Below, in pieces: positions 1-13,058 of a stretch of DNA of 64,000 nt (positions are counted from its first letter, which is position 1; the number at the start of each line of letters is the position of its first letter). Source of the stretch: Octopus sinensis (Eukaryota); NCBI RefSeq assembly GCF_006345805.1, contig NC_042997.1, forward strand, positions 132,928,001 to 132,992,000. The letters are read 5' to 3'. Under the pieces are notes generated by a model that was given only the letters and a program-made list of their open reading frames with translations, had not been told where the DNA came from and ran no database searches. The translations under genes and the position numbers were made by a program.

Positions 1-534
1 TATGGGGCAAGTCTAAGTCCAGTGGTCTCTACATTGGTCAGTTACAATTTCAAACGGGGTCACAAGTTAAAACCGTTACAAAGGATTTATTTATAAAATA
101 AACAAGAAAAGAAAGCAAAGGAATGAAGGTACGGGAGATAAGTCAATGAATTTAGGGCCGTTTATGTCCTTTAGCATCTTAACGTTATAACATGCAAGAG
201 ACTATAACATGCATTATGAGACTATAAGTTAGTGGTTAAGGGGAGGCAACTAGTACTGGTAAATCATCGGTTCTATGAAAAATAGGGGCAGAAATAGGGC
301 TAAACCTCGTATATAGCGAATTGTAGTAATAATTCGGTATATACAGGTATGTAATAAAAAATATATCCTACAGGTGCTCTAAAAAGTACAAATAAAATGA
401 CACTAATAACATCTCCCGGGGATAATACAGGTAACGGTTACTGATAGTATATACGGTTATTTTATCCCTTAGTCGGTTACTATAACCGGTGTCTCTGTTT
501 ACATATATATATATTTACATAATAGAAAATGTTT

Positions 535-1547
535 TTATTCTATGTGTCCTCCTTTCTCAATAACTTCCTTCAAACGCTTCCTGAAACTTGCACAGGCGTT
601 CCTCAAATATTCGGGAGACAACTTCTCCCATTCTTCTTTAATAGTATCTTTAAGAGAGTCGACATTGCTGTGTAATTTTCTATTGGTAGCGTGTTCTAAA
701 ACGCCCCAAATACCATAATCCAGAGAGTTTAGATCTAGGTTAGAAGGCGGCTATAAACATGAGTCCAAAAAATTGCTAAAGTTGGATTTGCAGAAATCTT
801 GTATTTTACTAGCTGTGTGGGCTGGAGCACCATCCTGGGTCCATACATAATTACCATCTGGGTAGTTTGCTTTAAGCCATGGCAATACATCGTATCTCAG
901 AGTCTTGTAGTAAGTATTAACATTGATCTTTTCATCAGCTTTGTAGAATTTTATAGGCATTTTCTTTCCATCGGAAGCCACAACACCAAAAGCCATAACT
1001 TGAGCAGGATCTTTTGTTTTGAATGTCCCCTTAACCTCAGCTGTTGATTTTGCGATAAATCTGTCATATCTGCTGTTCAGAACAGCATCGACAGTGAAGA
1101 TCTTTTCATCTGAAAAATCGTTACAATGAAGGACTTTTTCTTGAACCATGTAATAATTTTCTTGCACCTCTCCAATCGCTTTTCCTTCATAGCTGTTGTC
1201 AACAAATGTTTTGGTGTTCTTGTGTAAGATTTTAACCTCAAATCATATTTTACAGCATTTCTAATGGTCTTGTTGTCTACCTCAAGTTCAATTGCCATTT
1301 TTCTCATGGATTTGGTTGGATCCTTTAGGATTTTGGATTTGAGAGCTTTAATAAAAGCTTTGGTACGTTTTTTGTTGATTCCTCAACTTCCAGACTTCCT
1401 TGTAATAGTTTTGCTCATAGTCATTCTATTCTTTAGATTATAAATAGTCTTTATGGACATTCCAACTATTTTTGAAATCTCTTTTGGTGCGACGAGTGCA
1501 TTCAGAAAATCACACACTCTTTGACTTTTGCTTTCCTGATTACTCAT
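535..1547 (-). pseudogene. DD37D transposase pseudogene
   Basis: ORF-track pieces 1077..1307 and 751..1167 join across one frameshift; the reading continues past the TAG at 751-753 (expected Trp of WPPSSPDLNPLD) to ...IEKGGHIE*. Confidence 0.85.
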
Positions 1548-1697
1548 ACGGGCAAAAGTTTCTGAAAAGGTAAGGATAAGGATAATAGTGTTAGGTATGA
1601 GTATGACATCAATATACGCTAGGTTTCAAAACAATTGACTTAGTGCCTCCCGAGAAAAAACAACTTAACGTTCATTGTAAATTTTGCTTCCCCACCC

Positions 1698-1699
<2 letters not shown>
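535..1699 (-). mobile_element. Decayed Tc1/mariner-superfamily DNA transposon, DD37D (maT-type); one terminus at ~1680-1699, other TIR not found
   Basis: Transposase reads from ATG 1547 (MSNQESK...) to TAA 535, with stops at 1383-1385 and 751-753 and a frameshift near 1120. Motifs FSDEKIFTVD, WTQDGAPAHT and *PPSNLDLNSLD; 37 residues between the 2nd and 3rd Asp. TIR-like end (minus strand) tagggtggggaagcaaaattt next to a (TA)n tract. Confidence 0.85.
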
Positions 1700-1748
<49 letters not shown>

Positions 1749-1752
<4 letters not shown>

Positions 1753-1930
1753 AGAGTTTACGAAAAAGAACAAAAGGCGAAGACCGGTGGTATACAAAAC
1801 AAACATGTATTAGTATAACGCTCAGAAATAGAAAAAGTATTTTACGTTTCGAGCTTACGCTCTTCTACAGAAAGGGACACAGAAAAACCAAGGAGAGAAA
1901 CAAGGAGAGAAAAAAATGTGTGTAGAGGCT
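1749..1930 (-). mobile_element. Isolated 3'-terminal fragment of the Neptune-type PLE family (HHR-like motif at 1838-1875)
   Basis: Similar to 51130-51330, the 3' end of the GIY-YIG element; flanked by (TA)n on both sides. Confidence 0.7.
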
Positions 1931-1988
1931 GACTATATATATATATATATATATTTATGTGCGTGTGTGTGTGTGTGTGTGTGTGCGT

Positions 1989-2147
1989 AGGCTTCCTTCA
2001 GTTTCCGTCTACCAAATCTACTCAAAGGATTTGGTTGGCCCGAGGATATAGTAGAAGACAGTTGCCCAAGTTATCACGCTGTGGGATTGAACCTGGAACC
2101 TCGTGGTTGGGAAGCAACCTTCTTATCACACCACACAGCCATGCCTG
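1989..2147 (-). mobile_element. tRNA-derived SINE (CORE-like family), 5' half
   Basis: Reverse complement of the head seen at 12445 and 30913 (ggctgtgtggt...ggttc...cttgggcaa...ggtagacggaaactgaa). Confidence 0.8.
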
Positions 2148-3674
2148 GTAAGATATGACAAGTATATTTGTCCTATTATTTCTAGCAGGTCGAGTGACCA
2201 GACTAGTGTGACAAGCTTAGTCGTTGGCCTATATATTTGAAAATAGTTCTCTGCTACTATCTTTGGATAGCACTGTGTAGATTTGTTAGGAGAGACATGT
2301 GGTACAGAAATTATAAATCCTACATCGAGCGTAGTGGAACAGACTACGGAAATAGTAGATCCAAATACGGAAGTCGTAGCTTCAACTAACTATTTAATTA
2401 AGGATTCTAGCTATAAATATTCTATCTTCATGTGTGATATATTATCTCCGTTCCATTTTTGATATACGAGTGTTGTATATTCTACAAGCAATAACATTTC
2501 AGGAACATCCTTCATATACAATGGATGTGCTTAGGTAGATGCATGTTCATTACTCTGGTTTATAGAGAATTTGATATTTAAATATTGTTAGCAGATGTGT
2601 TAAGCTATTTAGCTATAATGAAAAGGAAATGGAAATGCTTATTTATACATTCCCCTGGCAATATAAAAATACATGTGAAAAATTATAAGACTTCAAGTAT
2701 GAATCGATATAAAATAGTGGATAATTAACTTTCTAGAAATAAGCACATCTTAAAGGACAAATTAGAGAGAAATATCGCAATCATAAATGACAACGATTTA
2801 ATCTATTAACCTTTAAATTACGAATCAGGATATATATTTCTCCCGTATTTCCGTTCAGTTCAGTCACTGCACTTATGATGTCCTTGGACCGTTTCAGTTG
2901 CAAAGTAGTTTTTCTTTTTTATTTTTCTATATGAAATTGTGCAGTTTACGGTAGCTGTGACACGTAGAACTACTGTCAGCAGCAGCAGCTTCTCATTGAT
3001 TAGTCTGCACCTACCTGTCCCTTCGTCCTTCTCCATAAACTCCTTCCTGCTCTTCAGTTTAAAATTTTCTCGTTTACAGTGACAACCTAATAATTACTTC
3101 TTCGTTTTATAGTGTTTATAACACTCATCTACAACACCTCATGTACATCCTTCCATTATATTTGTCCAACTCATCAATATTCCTTTCTGTATTTATCCTG
3201 TCATTCATGTTTCTATTTATTCAGTTTTTCGTCAATGTTGCAACAAAATATTTGAATCAGTTCTCAGCTATATTTTACCTATGAACCCCTTTGACTCTTG
3301 CTTTATTCTACAGCCCACCACCCCATAACCATTTGATGTTTAAAGAAATACCAGGATGTTTATATAATTAAATATAATTGGGATATATATGAAAAAGTTG
3401 TAAAAATATTTTATGCTTTGTAATATAGAAAGTACAACCATTTTAATACACAACTTTAACAATAAAGTCTTTAAGGCACAACTTTAACAACAAAATCTTA
3501 TGTGGACTTTCAAGGGTGATAAGGACCACAGTTGCGAACCGCTTACTGGTTTCACTCATTTAACTCAGCCATAGACGGACACAACTTTGCACATTTTATT
3601 GGGTCATACTAACTCAAGTTCTTATTTCAGACTGGTATTATTTTCATCAGTTTCTTTATAGTGAACTGCTCTCA

Positions 3675-3992
3675 AAGACTCCGCCGGTTACGACGACGAG
3701 GGTCCCAGCTGATACGATCACGGAAAGCTTGCTCGTGAAATTAACGTGCAAATGGCTGAGCATTTCACAGACACGTGTACCCTTAACGTAGTTCTCGGGG
3801 ATAATCAGCGTGGACACAGAGAGTGACAGGCTGACCCTTTGAAATACAAGTACAACTCATTTTTGCAGCTGAGTGGACTGAGCAACGTGAATAAAGTGTC
3901 TTGCTCAAGGACACAACGCGTCGCCGGGAATCGACTCACAACCTTACGATCATGAGCCGAATGCCCTAACCACTAAGCCACGCGCCCTCACA
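3675..3992 (-). mobile_element. tRNA-derived SINE, long-tail family
   Basis: Reverse complement of the 8703-9068 family; A/B-box-like head at 3930-3990. Confidence 0.8.
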
Positions 3993-4369
3993 GTGAACTG
4001 CTATGACACATAAGTCATACCGTTTTTGAATAAATTAAACTACATCCAAGAGAAGCATCAACTCTACCAACCACCACTGCCTGAAGAACGTGCAGAGACA
4101 AGAACGTGAATCCCTGAATATTGCAAACTGGAAACCAAAGCCAAATATATAAAGTATTTACTTAATATAAACAATTGAGTTGTTTTACAGTACACTGCGC
4201 AGTTACACACACACACACGCATACACACACAGAAACACTCACGTACGCGCGCGCGCACACACACACACACACACAAGCACTCGCGTACGCGCACACACAT
4301 AGAAACACTCGCATGCGAACATGTGTTAATTCTCTAATACAGATGGCATGTGATATGTGGATTGGAATA

Positions 4370-4640
4370 GCCAGCGCGTGAAATTAACGTGCAAGTGGCT
4401 GAGAACTCCACAGACATGCATACGCTTAACGTAGTTCTGAGGGAAATTCAAAGTGACACAGGGTATGACAATGTTGTTCTCTTGAAACGCTGGTACTGCT
4501 AATTTTTGACAGCTGAGTGAACTGGAGCAACGTGAAATAAAGTGTCTTGCTCACAGCCACAACGCGCCACCGGTAATTGAACTCGCGGTGAAAGTAAGAT
4601 CGTGAACCGAATAACCTAAGCACTGAGCCACGTGCCTTCC
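4370..4640 (-). mobile_element. tRNA-derived SINE, long-tail family, degraded
   Basis: Shares gtgaaattaacgtgcaagtggctgag and gagcaacgtgaaataaagtgtcttgctc with 3675-3992. Confidence 0.7.
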
Positions 4641-4674
4641 CGATATGTGGATTATTTGGTTGCTAATATACGAT

Positions 4675-5050
4675 TGTTGTTAGCACGCTGGGCGAAATGC
4701 TTAGCGGTATTTCGTCTGCGGCTACGTTCTGAGTTCAAATTCCGCCGAGGTCGACTTTGCCTTTCATCCTTTCGGGGTCGATAAATTAAGTACCAGTTAC
4801 GCACTGGGGTCGATATAATCAACTTAAACCATTTGTCTGTCCTTGTTTGTCCTCTTTGTTTAGCCCCTTGTGGGAAGTATAGAAGCAGGTATTTCATCTG
4901 CCGCTACGTTCTGAGTTCAAATCCGCCGTGGTCGACTTTGCCTTTCATCCTTTCGGTGTCGATAAATTAAGTACTAGTTGCGTACTAGGGTTGATCTAAT
5001 CGACTGGCCCCCTCTTCCAAATTTCGGGCCTTGTGCCAAGAGTAGAAAAG
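4675..5050 (+). mobile_element. Two tandem Nin/Deu-domain-like SINE copies
   Basis: Twice ...gagttcaaat(t)ccgccg..gtcgactttgcctttcatcctttcgg.gtcgataaattaagtac; the gcctttcatcctt..gtcgataaa core resembles the Nin/Deu SINE domain. Confidence 0.8.
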
Positions 5051-5656
5051 AATATATAAATGTTGAACTCTCAAGTTGAAATTCATTCTCTCGGTGGTTT
5101 GTACTGCTTTCTACAAATGGTACATGCCACACTTAAATTGCTGACAATTTAATCTTATCTTTCTGGCAATTAGTCCTTTCTTCTCTTCATCTTCGCTCCA
5201 TGGTGACAAAACATTGATAGCATAGTTTTCTTCGGGGGTTTTAAAATCTCGTGTAATTTGCATCCATTGTGCATTTTTATTTTTAAATATAAGTTAGTCA
5301 TAAGACAAGGGGAAAATGCAATAATATTTACATTTGGTGGCCATCTCAGACTGGTGATTTTTTTGCTGTCGATATTCAGTATAGATACTTTCTGGTAAAT
5401 AACCGCAGGAAATAGAAGAACAATGAGCATGCAAAGAGCGAGCGGGAGTTTCAAGACATTTCACTTTCGCACATGACGTCCAGATAACCAGTGAAGGCGT
5501 TACGTAGGTTTCTGTGTTAGGCCTGATATGTAACATTATAATAAAACTTCATTACACGAAAAAAAAAAAAATATGAAAGAAATCAAAAGAAAGTATTTGC
5601 GATATTTCACGTTTGTCACATCCCAATATTTCATTTATCTCTGTTCTATAAAAAGG

Positions 5657-5732
5657 TGAAGAAGAAGAAGAAGAGAAGAAGAAGAAGAAGAAGAAGAAGA
5701 AGAAGAAGAAGAAGAAGAAGAAGAAGAAGAAG
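5657..5732. repeat. (GAA)n microsatellite
   Basis: Direct reading. Confidence 0.95.
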
Positions 5733-6205
5733 CGTCAATGACGACAACGACGACGATGAATCAAGGAAGCAGCAGCGGCAGCAGCAGTGCAGCAGCAGCA
5801 GCATTGACACACGGTGATTACAATAACCAACCTATACCCAGAAATTCAACAGAAAAACAGGAACTGAAATCATGAAAAGATAGAAATGAATATGAATGCA
5901 TTTGATTCATGCAGACACACATACATGCATAGGTACACACATACACACAGTCACTCACACACACTCACATATACATACATATATATGTGTGTATATAAAT
6001 ATATTTGTATGTATGTATGTACACGTGTACATGCATATATATTTATATATGTGTGTGTGTGTCTGTGTGTAAATGCCTATATGTATGTATATATATGCAT
6101 TTGCATATATAAGTGTACATATCCACACACGTACACGCACAGACACACACACACCACACACACACCCATACTAGATATTAAATTTTACCTGCCAACTACG
6201 AAAAA

Positions 6206-6276
<71 letters not shown>

Positions 6277-6924
6277 GGACGCGTATACGCGTATAAAACA
6301 AAAGAAAAGAAACAGAAAGAAAAGAGAACGAAAGGGAAAACACGAAAAAACTCAAGAAAACAGAAAATAAATCACAGAAGGTAAAATCACAAACAACAAC
6401 AACAGTAACAACAACAACAAACTGTTCGGAATATATATATGTAAGAGTAACCAAATGCCTGTGCCATTCAGAAGAATACCAGAATAATACAGGGCAAAGC
6501 AAACACGTTTTCCTTTGCATTTATTATTTGATCTTCCTTTTTTCATACTTTTCTCTCAATTTTCTAAATCTACAACCTACGCTTAATCATCTATTTTCTT
6601 CTATTATATTCACTTCTTTCTCGATAATATGGCTTCTTTTTACTTAAAAAAAAAAAATTTTACTGCCATCTTTCTCTCTTTCTTCCTCAGATTTTTTTAT
6701 TATTTTATACTATCTCTCATTTTTTCTTCATCACTTTCTTTTTATCTGTCGTGCTTTCAAGTTTTCTTTCTTTCGTCGTTACACACATATACACACACAC
6801 ACACATACTATATATATATATATACACACACGAATGTATGTATGTATCAATCGGTTCGTTTTTGTTTTTGATGCTTTATTTAATCAGTTAATCTCTCTTC
6901 GCTTCCATCCATCCTCGCTACAGT

Positions 6925-6953
6925 TACCATATATTTATATATATATGTATATA

Positions 6954-6989
<36 letters not shown>

Positions 6990-7054
6990 TATATATTATA
7001 TATATATGTATATATATGTATATATATATATATATATGTTATATATGTATATTA

Positions 7055-7100
<46 letters not shown>

Positions 7101-7271
7101 GTATATATATATATATATGTATATTATGTATATATTGTATATATATTTATATATATATTTATGTATATATATGTATATATATGTATAGATAGATATATAT
7201 ATATAATATATAATACATACAATACATATATACATACATATATATATATATATACATACATACATATATAC

Positions 7272-7336
<65 letters not shown>
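6925..7336. repeat. Long compound (TA)n/(TATG)/(TACA) microsatellite
   Basis: Direct reading; the YI/IY ORFs here are artefacts. Confidence 0.95.
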
Positions 7337-7338
<2 letters not shown>

Positions 7339-7440
7339 TACAGTGATACATATACGCCCATTCTCACAAACACACACCACACACATCTTTCACTTATACA
7401 CCTATACACTTTGGTTTTCTTTACGTTTTCTTTCATTTTG

Positions 7441-8390
7441 TTACCGGCCGCCATGTTTTTCAATTGGTATTAAACGAGGTTGTTTACAGTTTAGCAGAAA
7501 GTAGGTCATCATTAAGTAGTAAATTTGCTGAAAATTATTCGATGTTCTTTTTGTTTATTATTTTTCCCTGTTTCTTTTTTTGATTTTTTTTTTGGTGGTT
7601 CATTTATTTATTCTTATTCTATTTTTGTTTTGTTTTTCGATACAAGCCCAAACAAACGCGTTATAATTGAGGACGAGAGGCGGGGCGAATCGGAGGCGGA
7701 ACTGTACAGGAAGAAAATGCAAGCTCTCACATTGAAACAGCTAAACATATTGAAATTTTATAAGTAAACACTGAAACATGTGCTAGCGAAAAACAACGGG
7801 GAGAAAAATAGCACATTTGTACATCTATTCATTAACTCTGTAGTTCTCTCTCCTTTTCTTTTTTCTTCCTTTCTCCTCTCTCCGCTTTTTCTCAAACTCA
7901 CGCAGAAAATCCCACGTGAGTACACACGTATGTGTGGGTGTACTCAACCATTTACTTGTTATCTGGGAATATATAATATAAAAAAAAACAAGGAATGAAG
8001 AAAACATGATTGAGTGATAGGAAAAGAAAAATACATCGATACTTTGTAACTTTACCTACAAGGAAAAGCACTAATGATTTTTCTCATTATAGAAACAGCG
8101 TGAGTGATGTAAAGTTTAAGTGGATGGCAATAGCACTAGACCACTTAGGAGAACCAAACTTGTTGATATTAACGTCAGTAAGCCTATTTGATATCGCCAT
8201 TAGATATGTGTTGAAACACCTACAAGGAAATGTTTAAAACGGAAAGATTTTGTGAGAAACCGCACTCCTCCCTTACGCACATTCCGACATACACACACAG
8301 CTCTCAAACACAAACGATATTATACAGAGGTAAGATTTGTTTCAATGGCTTAGTTTAGAGAGAAGATGGCGAGAGGGCGGAAGTAACTTA
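7441..8390. promoter_or_regulatory. Possible promoter-like region (YY1-, GC-box- and ETS-like motifs)
   Basis: Minus-strand AACATGGCGGCC at 7447-7458; GGCGGGGCG/GGAGGCGGA at ~7678-7700; plus-strand AAGATGGCG at 8363-8371 and GGCGGAAGT at 8376-8384. Motif-only evidence. Confidence 0.25.
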
Positions 8391-8702
8391 TTCTCAGACT
8401 GGAGATAGTTATGGTCCAGACGGTGTTGCTAAGATGAGAAGATTGACTACCAATCAAAAACTGGCTGTTTTACGTGTTATTCCTCTCTATTTAACAATAT
8501 GTATTAATTCACGGTTTTATTGCAATCCACGCCAATGTATGACTTCCACACAACTTCTGTTTCTAAATTTATATAATAAAGTATTGGTCGACCTGATGTT
8601 ACAATGGTAAATATTTATCCAAGTTGTGTAACTTAAGGATTGAGTTCGAAATCATGTAGTTGCTCATCAAGTTGCTTAGCCACACACCTACCCTGGCACC
8701 CG

Positions 8703-9068
8703 TGGAGGCGCAATGGCCCAGTGGTTAGGTCGTAGGACCGCGGTTTCGATTCCCAGACCGGGCGTTGTGAGTGTTTATTGAGTGAAAACACCTAAAGTTC
8801 CACAAGGCTCCGGCAGGGGATGGTGGCGAACCCTGTTGTACTCTTTCACTACAACTTTCTCTCACTCTTTCTTCCTGTTTCTGTTGTACCTCTATTTCAA
8901 AGGGCCAGCCTTGTCACACGCTGTGTCACGCTGAATCTCCCTGAGAACTACGTTAAGGGTACACATGTCTGTAGAGTGCTTAGCCACATGCACGTTAATT
9001 TCACGAGCAGGCTCTTCCGTCGATCGGATCAACTGGAGCCCTCTTCGTCGTAACTGACGAAGTGCCAA
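8703..9068 (+). mobile_element. tRNA-derived SINE, long-tail family, near full length
   Basis: Head ggaggcgcaatggcccagtggttagg...gtttcgattccc (A/B boxes); body and tail shared with 3675-3992. Confidence 0.85.
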
Positions 9069-9329
9069 CATACATATCCTGGCACCCATTTGTAATAGGT
9101 GAATAGGTGCGTGTTGTGATTTTATTTCGAGTAACATTTTTTGTAGACAATTCCTGTAGGAGTAGAACATGTGATGTAGTATTCTAATTTCGAACAAATA
9201 CTTTTCTTGGATTGTTGCTTAATTATTAGCTTTATAAAATAATCTTGCCCTTTATTCAACTGCAATATATACATCACAGTGTCACGGTGTAGACTAGACT
9301 ATCGGATATTGATATACATCACTGATCAC

Positions 9330-9575
9330 GATGAACTTCGCATGATTTTAGCTTTCGAATGATGCTACTCCGATGGCCAGGCGAGCAGGCCAACATTCCT
9401 GATCGGAAGGCTGTTCTGTTGCAGGATTACCTATTCACAGATGAGCGGACGGAACAACGTGAAACGAAGTATTTTGCTAATGAAAACAACGCATCGCCTA
9501 GTCCGGGAACCGACTTCATGATGACCTAACAATGTTAGTGCAATACTCTAACCACTAGACTACGCGCCTTTACAT
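9330..9575 (-). mobile_element. Degraded SINE
   Basis: ggaacaacgtgaaacgaagtattttgct...ctctaaccactagactacgcgcct matches the inverted SINE head and body. Confidence 0.55.
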
Positions 9576-10373
9576 GATATATACATACTAATTGATAAGC
9601 AAAGTGTAAAAGCATATAAGGATGCAATGTTTCTGCTTTAATGGTTATACATAGGAAGATCCGTTGGTAATGATGTTCAGAAGATTGGCATACAAGAATC
9701 TACAGAGCAGTGCATTGACATTCATTTATATTTAGTTCAGTCAGCAGAAAGGCCGTGTGTTTGACCCTCTCAAACCAAGACCTGTGAGACCTATATAGTT
9801 GATGTGAAGGGAATAAGGAGAAGAATTACAAATATGTTTATATTATGAAGTAAAATAGTCGCAATGTTCTGAAAATAGACGAATATATATGAATTGTAGC
9901 TGCAACATTTAAACGCTTTGGAGCGGCAAAAGAGAAACGCACACAGTTGCCTCAAACTTTCATCAGATTTTAACAAAATTTCGTCAAACGTAAGCGTAAC
10001 AATAGAAAAGAGCAGTATTTGTTTGGATAACGGCTGAAAAGAGATAAGTTTTAGTAACTTGTGGAGACACCTGGTTTAGTAGTTAGGATTTTAAACATAT
10101 GATCATAAGGTTGCGGTTTCGATTTCAGGACCGGACGACGCGTTGAGCTCTCGCGAAAAACACTTCATTTAACGTTACGCCAGTTCTCTCAGCTGGCAAA
10201 AATGAGTAGTCCAGACGGGGAATATATACGCCGAGGAAATCGGGGAACCAGTCCTACGAGTCAATATCACTCAGGAAGGATCTTTATCCGGGATGTTTTC
10301 GTTCCCATAATCTTCTAAAATCTCCAACAAAGTAACAATAAGTTCTCGAAATAGTTGACGGTATTTACGAAAG

Positions 10374-10610
10374 GCGGCGAGCTGGCAGAAACGTTAGCAC
10401 GCCGGGCGAAATGCTTAGCGGTATTTCGTCTGCCGTTACGTTGTGAGTTCAAATTCCGCCATGGTCGACTTTGCTTTTCATCCTTTCAGGGTCGATAAAT
10501 TAAGTACCAGTTCCGCACTGGGGTCGATGTAATCGACTTAATACCTATGTCTGTCCTTGTTTGTCCCCTCTAAGTTTAGCCCCTTGTGGGTAATAAAGAA
10601 ATAGGTATTT
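10374..10610 (+). mobile_element. Nin/Deu-domain-like SINE, full length
   Basis: ggcggcgagctggcagaaacgttagc...gtcgataaattaagtaccag...aataaagaaataggtattt; near-identical to 63305-63532. Confidence 0.85.
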
Positions 10611-11148
10611 ACGAAAGATATCACAAGCAATATTAATTCTGCAACGAATTACTGACTCTCGATTATTATTAATGCAGACAGAAAGATGGGTTGAAAGCAT
10701 GCAATCAACGACTCAAGTGCTCCTACACATCACTTTCAAGCTTTTCTCACACACATACACACAATACGCTAAAATTCCTTGACAATTTGGAAAATATATG
10801 AGCTACACATAGGTCTTACGAGCCCTTTCTTATCGTTGCCGTCATCGTTGTTGCTTATTCCGGTTTGATAAAGTTGATCTAGATGCGACCATTCCAAATT
10901 TTTCAGTCGTAGTGTATCAAGAACGACTTTATACACACACACACACACACACACGCACGTGTGTGTGCGTGCGTGCGTGTGTATGTAAATGTATGTATGT
11001 GTACGTGTGTTTAAAATGCAATTTCTTAACATTATGTGGGCATTAAATTGTCGAGGCTTTTGCGTTGGAAGATTGAAATTGCGATTTCATTTTAGCGCAG
11101 TGAAAGCATGGTGTTCGATTCACGTTGGTGATGTTTTTCTGTCTGTCT

Positions 11149-11224
<76 letters not shown>

Positions 11225-12444
11225 TATATATATGTATGTATATATAATATAAATAATATATAAATATATGCATATATACATACATATATGTACATAGCTA
11301 CATATATATGTATATATACAGGCATATATGGGTACAGGACATCAAAAAACGTCGAACGCAATGAGAAACGAAATAATAAAAACAAAAACATGGAAACGAA
11401 CTTTTTTTCGAACACCGAAAATTCCCCTTCTTCAGTTGTCCCTGTTTCATCTACTCCGCGTTTCGAAGGCATATGACGGCTCGGTGGCATTTATTGATTT
11501 TTAATTTATCGTCTGCCTACTAGATATTAGGCAAACAATTTCTAGAGCACTTCCCTTCGAAATTAAAAAAAAATAATAATTTAAATGTTAAAAATTAGAA
11601 AATAATGGAGAAAACTATTACATACTTTCTGATTCAAGAATAGGGTTAACAATCTTAAGGGGGTGTGGTTCTCGATGCCACCGACCCCACTACCTTGAAA
11701 AAGATGAAAGCAAAGTTCAGAAGGATTTGAACTGAGGTAGAAAAGAGCCGGAAGAAATAACGCGAAACAGTATTTCCGTTGCGCTAACGTTTCTACCAGA
11801 TCACCGTTTCGAATAACATTTTGTTTTAAATATTCAACTGCTATATGTATAAATTTTCTAAAGGCTTAAATTATATTTTTAAATATCCACCACTGACCTA
11901 CACACTCCTTACAATGCACCAGTGCTCTATATACATCTAGATATCTGTCAGCTCAATAGTGTTGTTTTGAATGTAGCGTAACGGAATTTAATGATGTGAA
12001 TTATTAGCAAATGCCCCAAAACTCTATGTTTCAATTAGAATTTTTACATCAACGCAAGGAATTAATTAAAATATCAACTGACGTTTTTCCGAAAGAGAAT
12101 TTATTACATCCAACTGCCATTGTGCACTACAAAAATTTTCGAATTTACGCTGCTGTGGCTGTTTTTCTAAATCATTAATATAAACTTGAAACCATCTCTT
12201 ATTTCTTTGAAACATAGGGTATCTAACATAATGTGTCCTACTTCTTTTATAAGCCAGCGTTATGAAATTAGGAGGGATTTCGTTGCAATTTCTAGCAAGC
12301 TGAACGTCCACGGAGAAGCATTCAACATTTATTTTTTATTGTTGTAAAGTTTACCGCTAATGACTGCGTAATCCTATTCAGCTTTGTTTGAATAATCTAA
12401 GCAGTGAATTGGTCTGCAAAACCAATTCCTTCAATGAAGTTTTG

Positions 12445-12608
12445 AGTGGCTGTGTGGTAAGTAGCTTGCTTACATACCACACGGTTCCGGGTTCAGTCCC
12501 ACTGCGTGGCACCTTGGGCAAGTGCCTTCTACTATAGCCTCGGGCCAACCAAAGCCTTGTGAGTGGATTTGGAAGACGGAATGAAAGAAGCCCGTCGTAT
12601 ATATATGC

Positions 12609-12679
<71 letters not shown>

Positions 12680-12903
12680 TGTGTGTATGTGTGTGTTTAC
12701 GTGTTTGTGTTTGTCCCCCAACATCGCTTGACAACCGATGCTGGTGTGTTTACGTCCCCGTAACTTAGCGGTTCAGCAAAAGAGACCGATAGAATAGGTA
12801 CTAGGCTTACAAAGAATAAGTCCTGGGGTCGATTTGCTCGACTAAAAGTGGTGCTCCAGCTTGGCCGCAGTCAAATGACTGAAACAAGTAAAAGAGTAAA
12901 AGA
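12445..12903 (+). mobile_element. CORE-like tRNA SINE, full length, with internal (TA)n(TG)n
   Basis: Head, gtggcaccttgggcaagtg core, internal microsatellite, tail gactgaaacaagtaaaagagtaaaaga. Confidence 0.85.
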
Positions 12904-13058
12904 TTTGTAACTACTCACCTCTACAGTATTATAGATTGTCTTATTTATTATTACTTAGAATTGAAGGCGGCGAGCGGGCGAAATGATTAGCAGTATTTCG
13001 TCTGCTGCCTTTCAGCCTTGTGGAGTCGATGAAATAAGTATCAATTACGCACTGGGGG

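Noticed and set aside
130-200. Minus-strand ggac...ggccctaaa resembling a decayed HHR; 1-480 as a PLE UTR
   Set aside because: Core nucleotides are absent and there is no second copy in the window to confirm.
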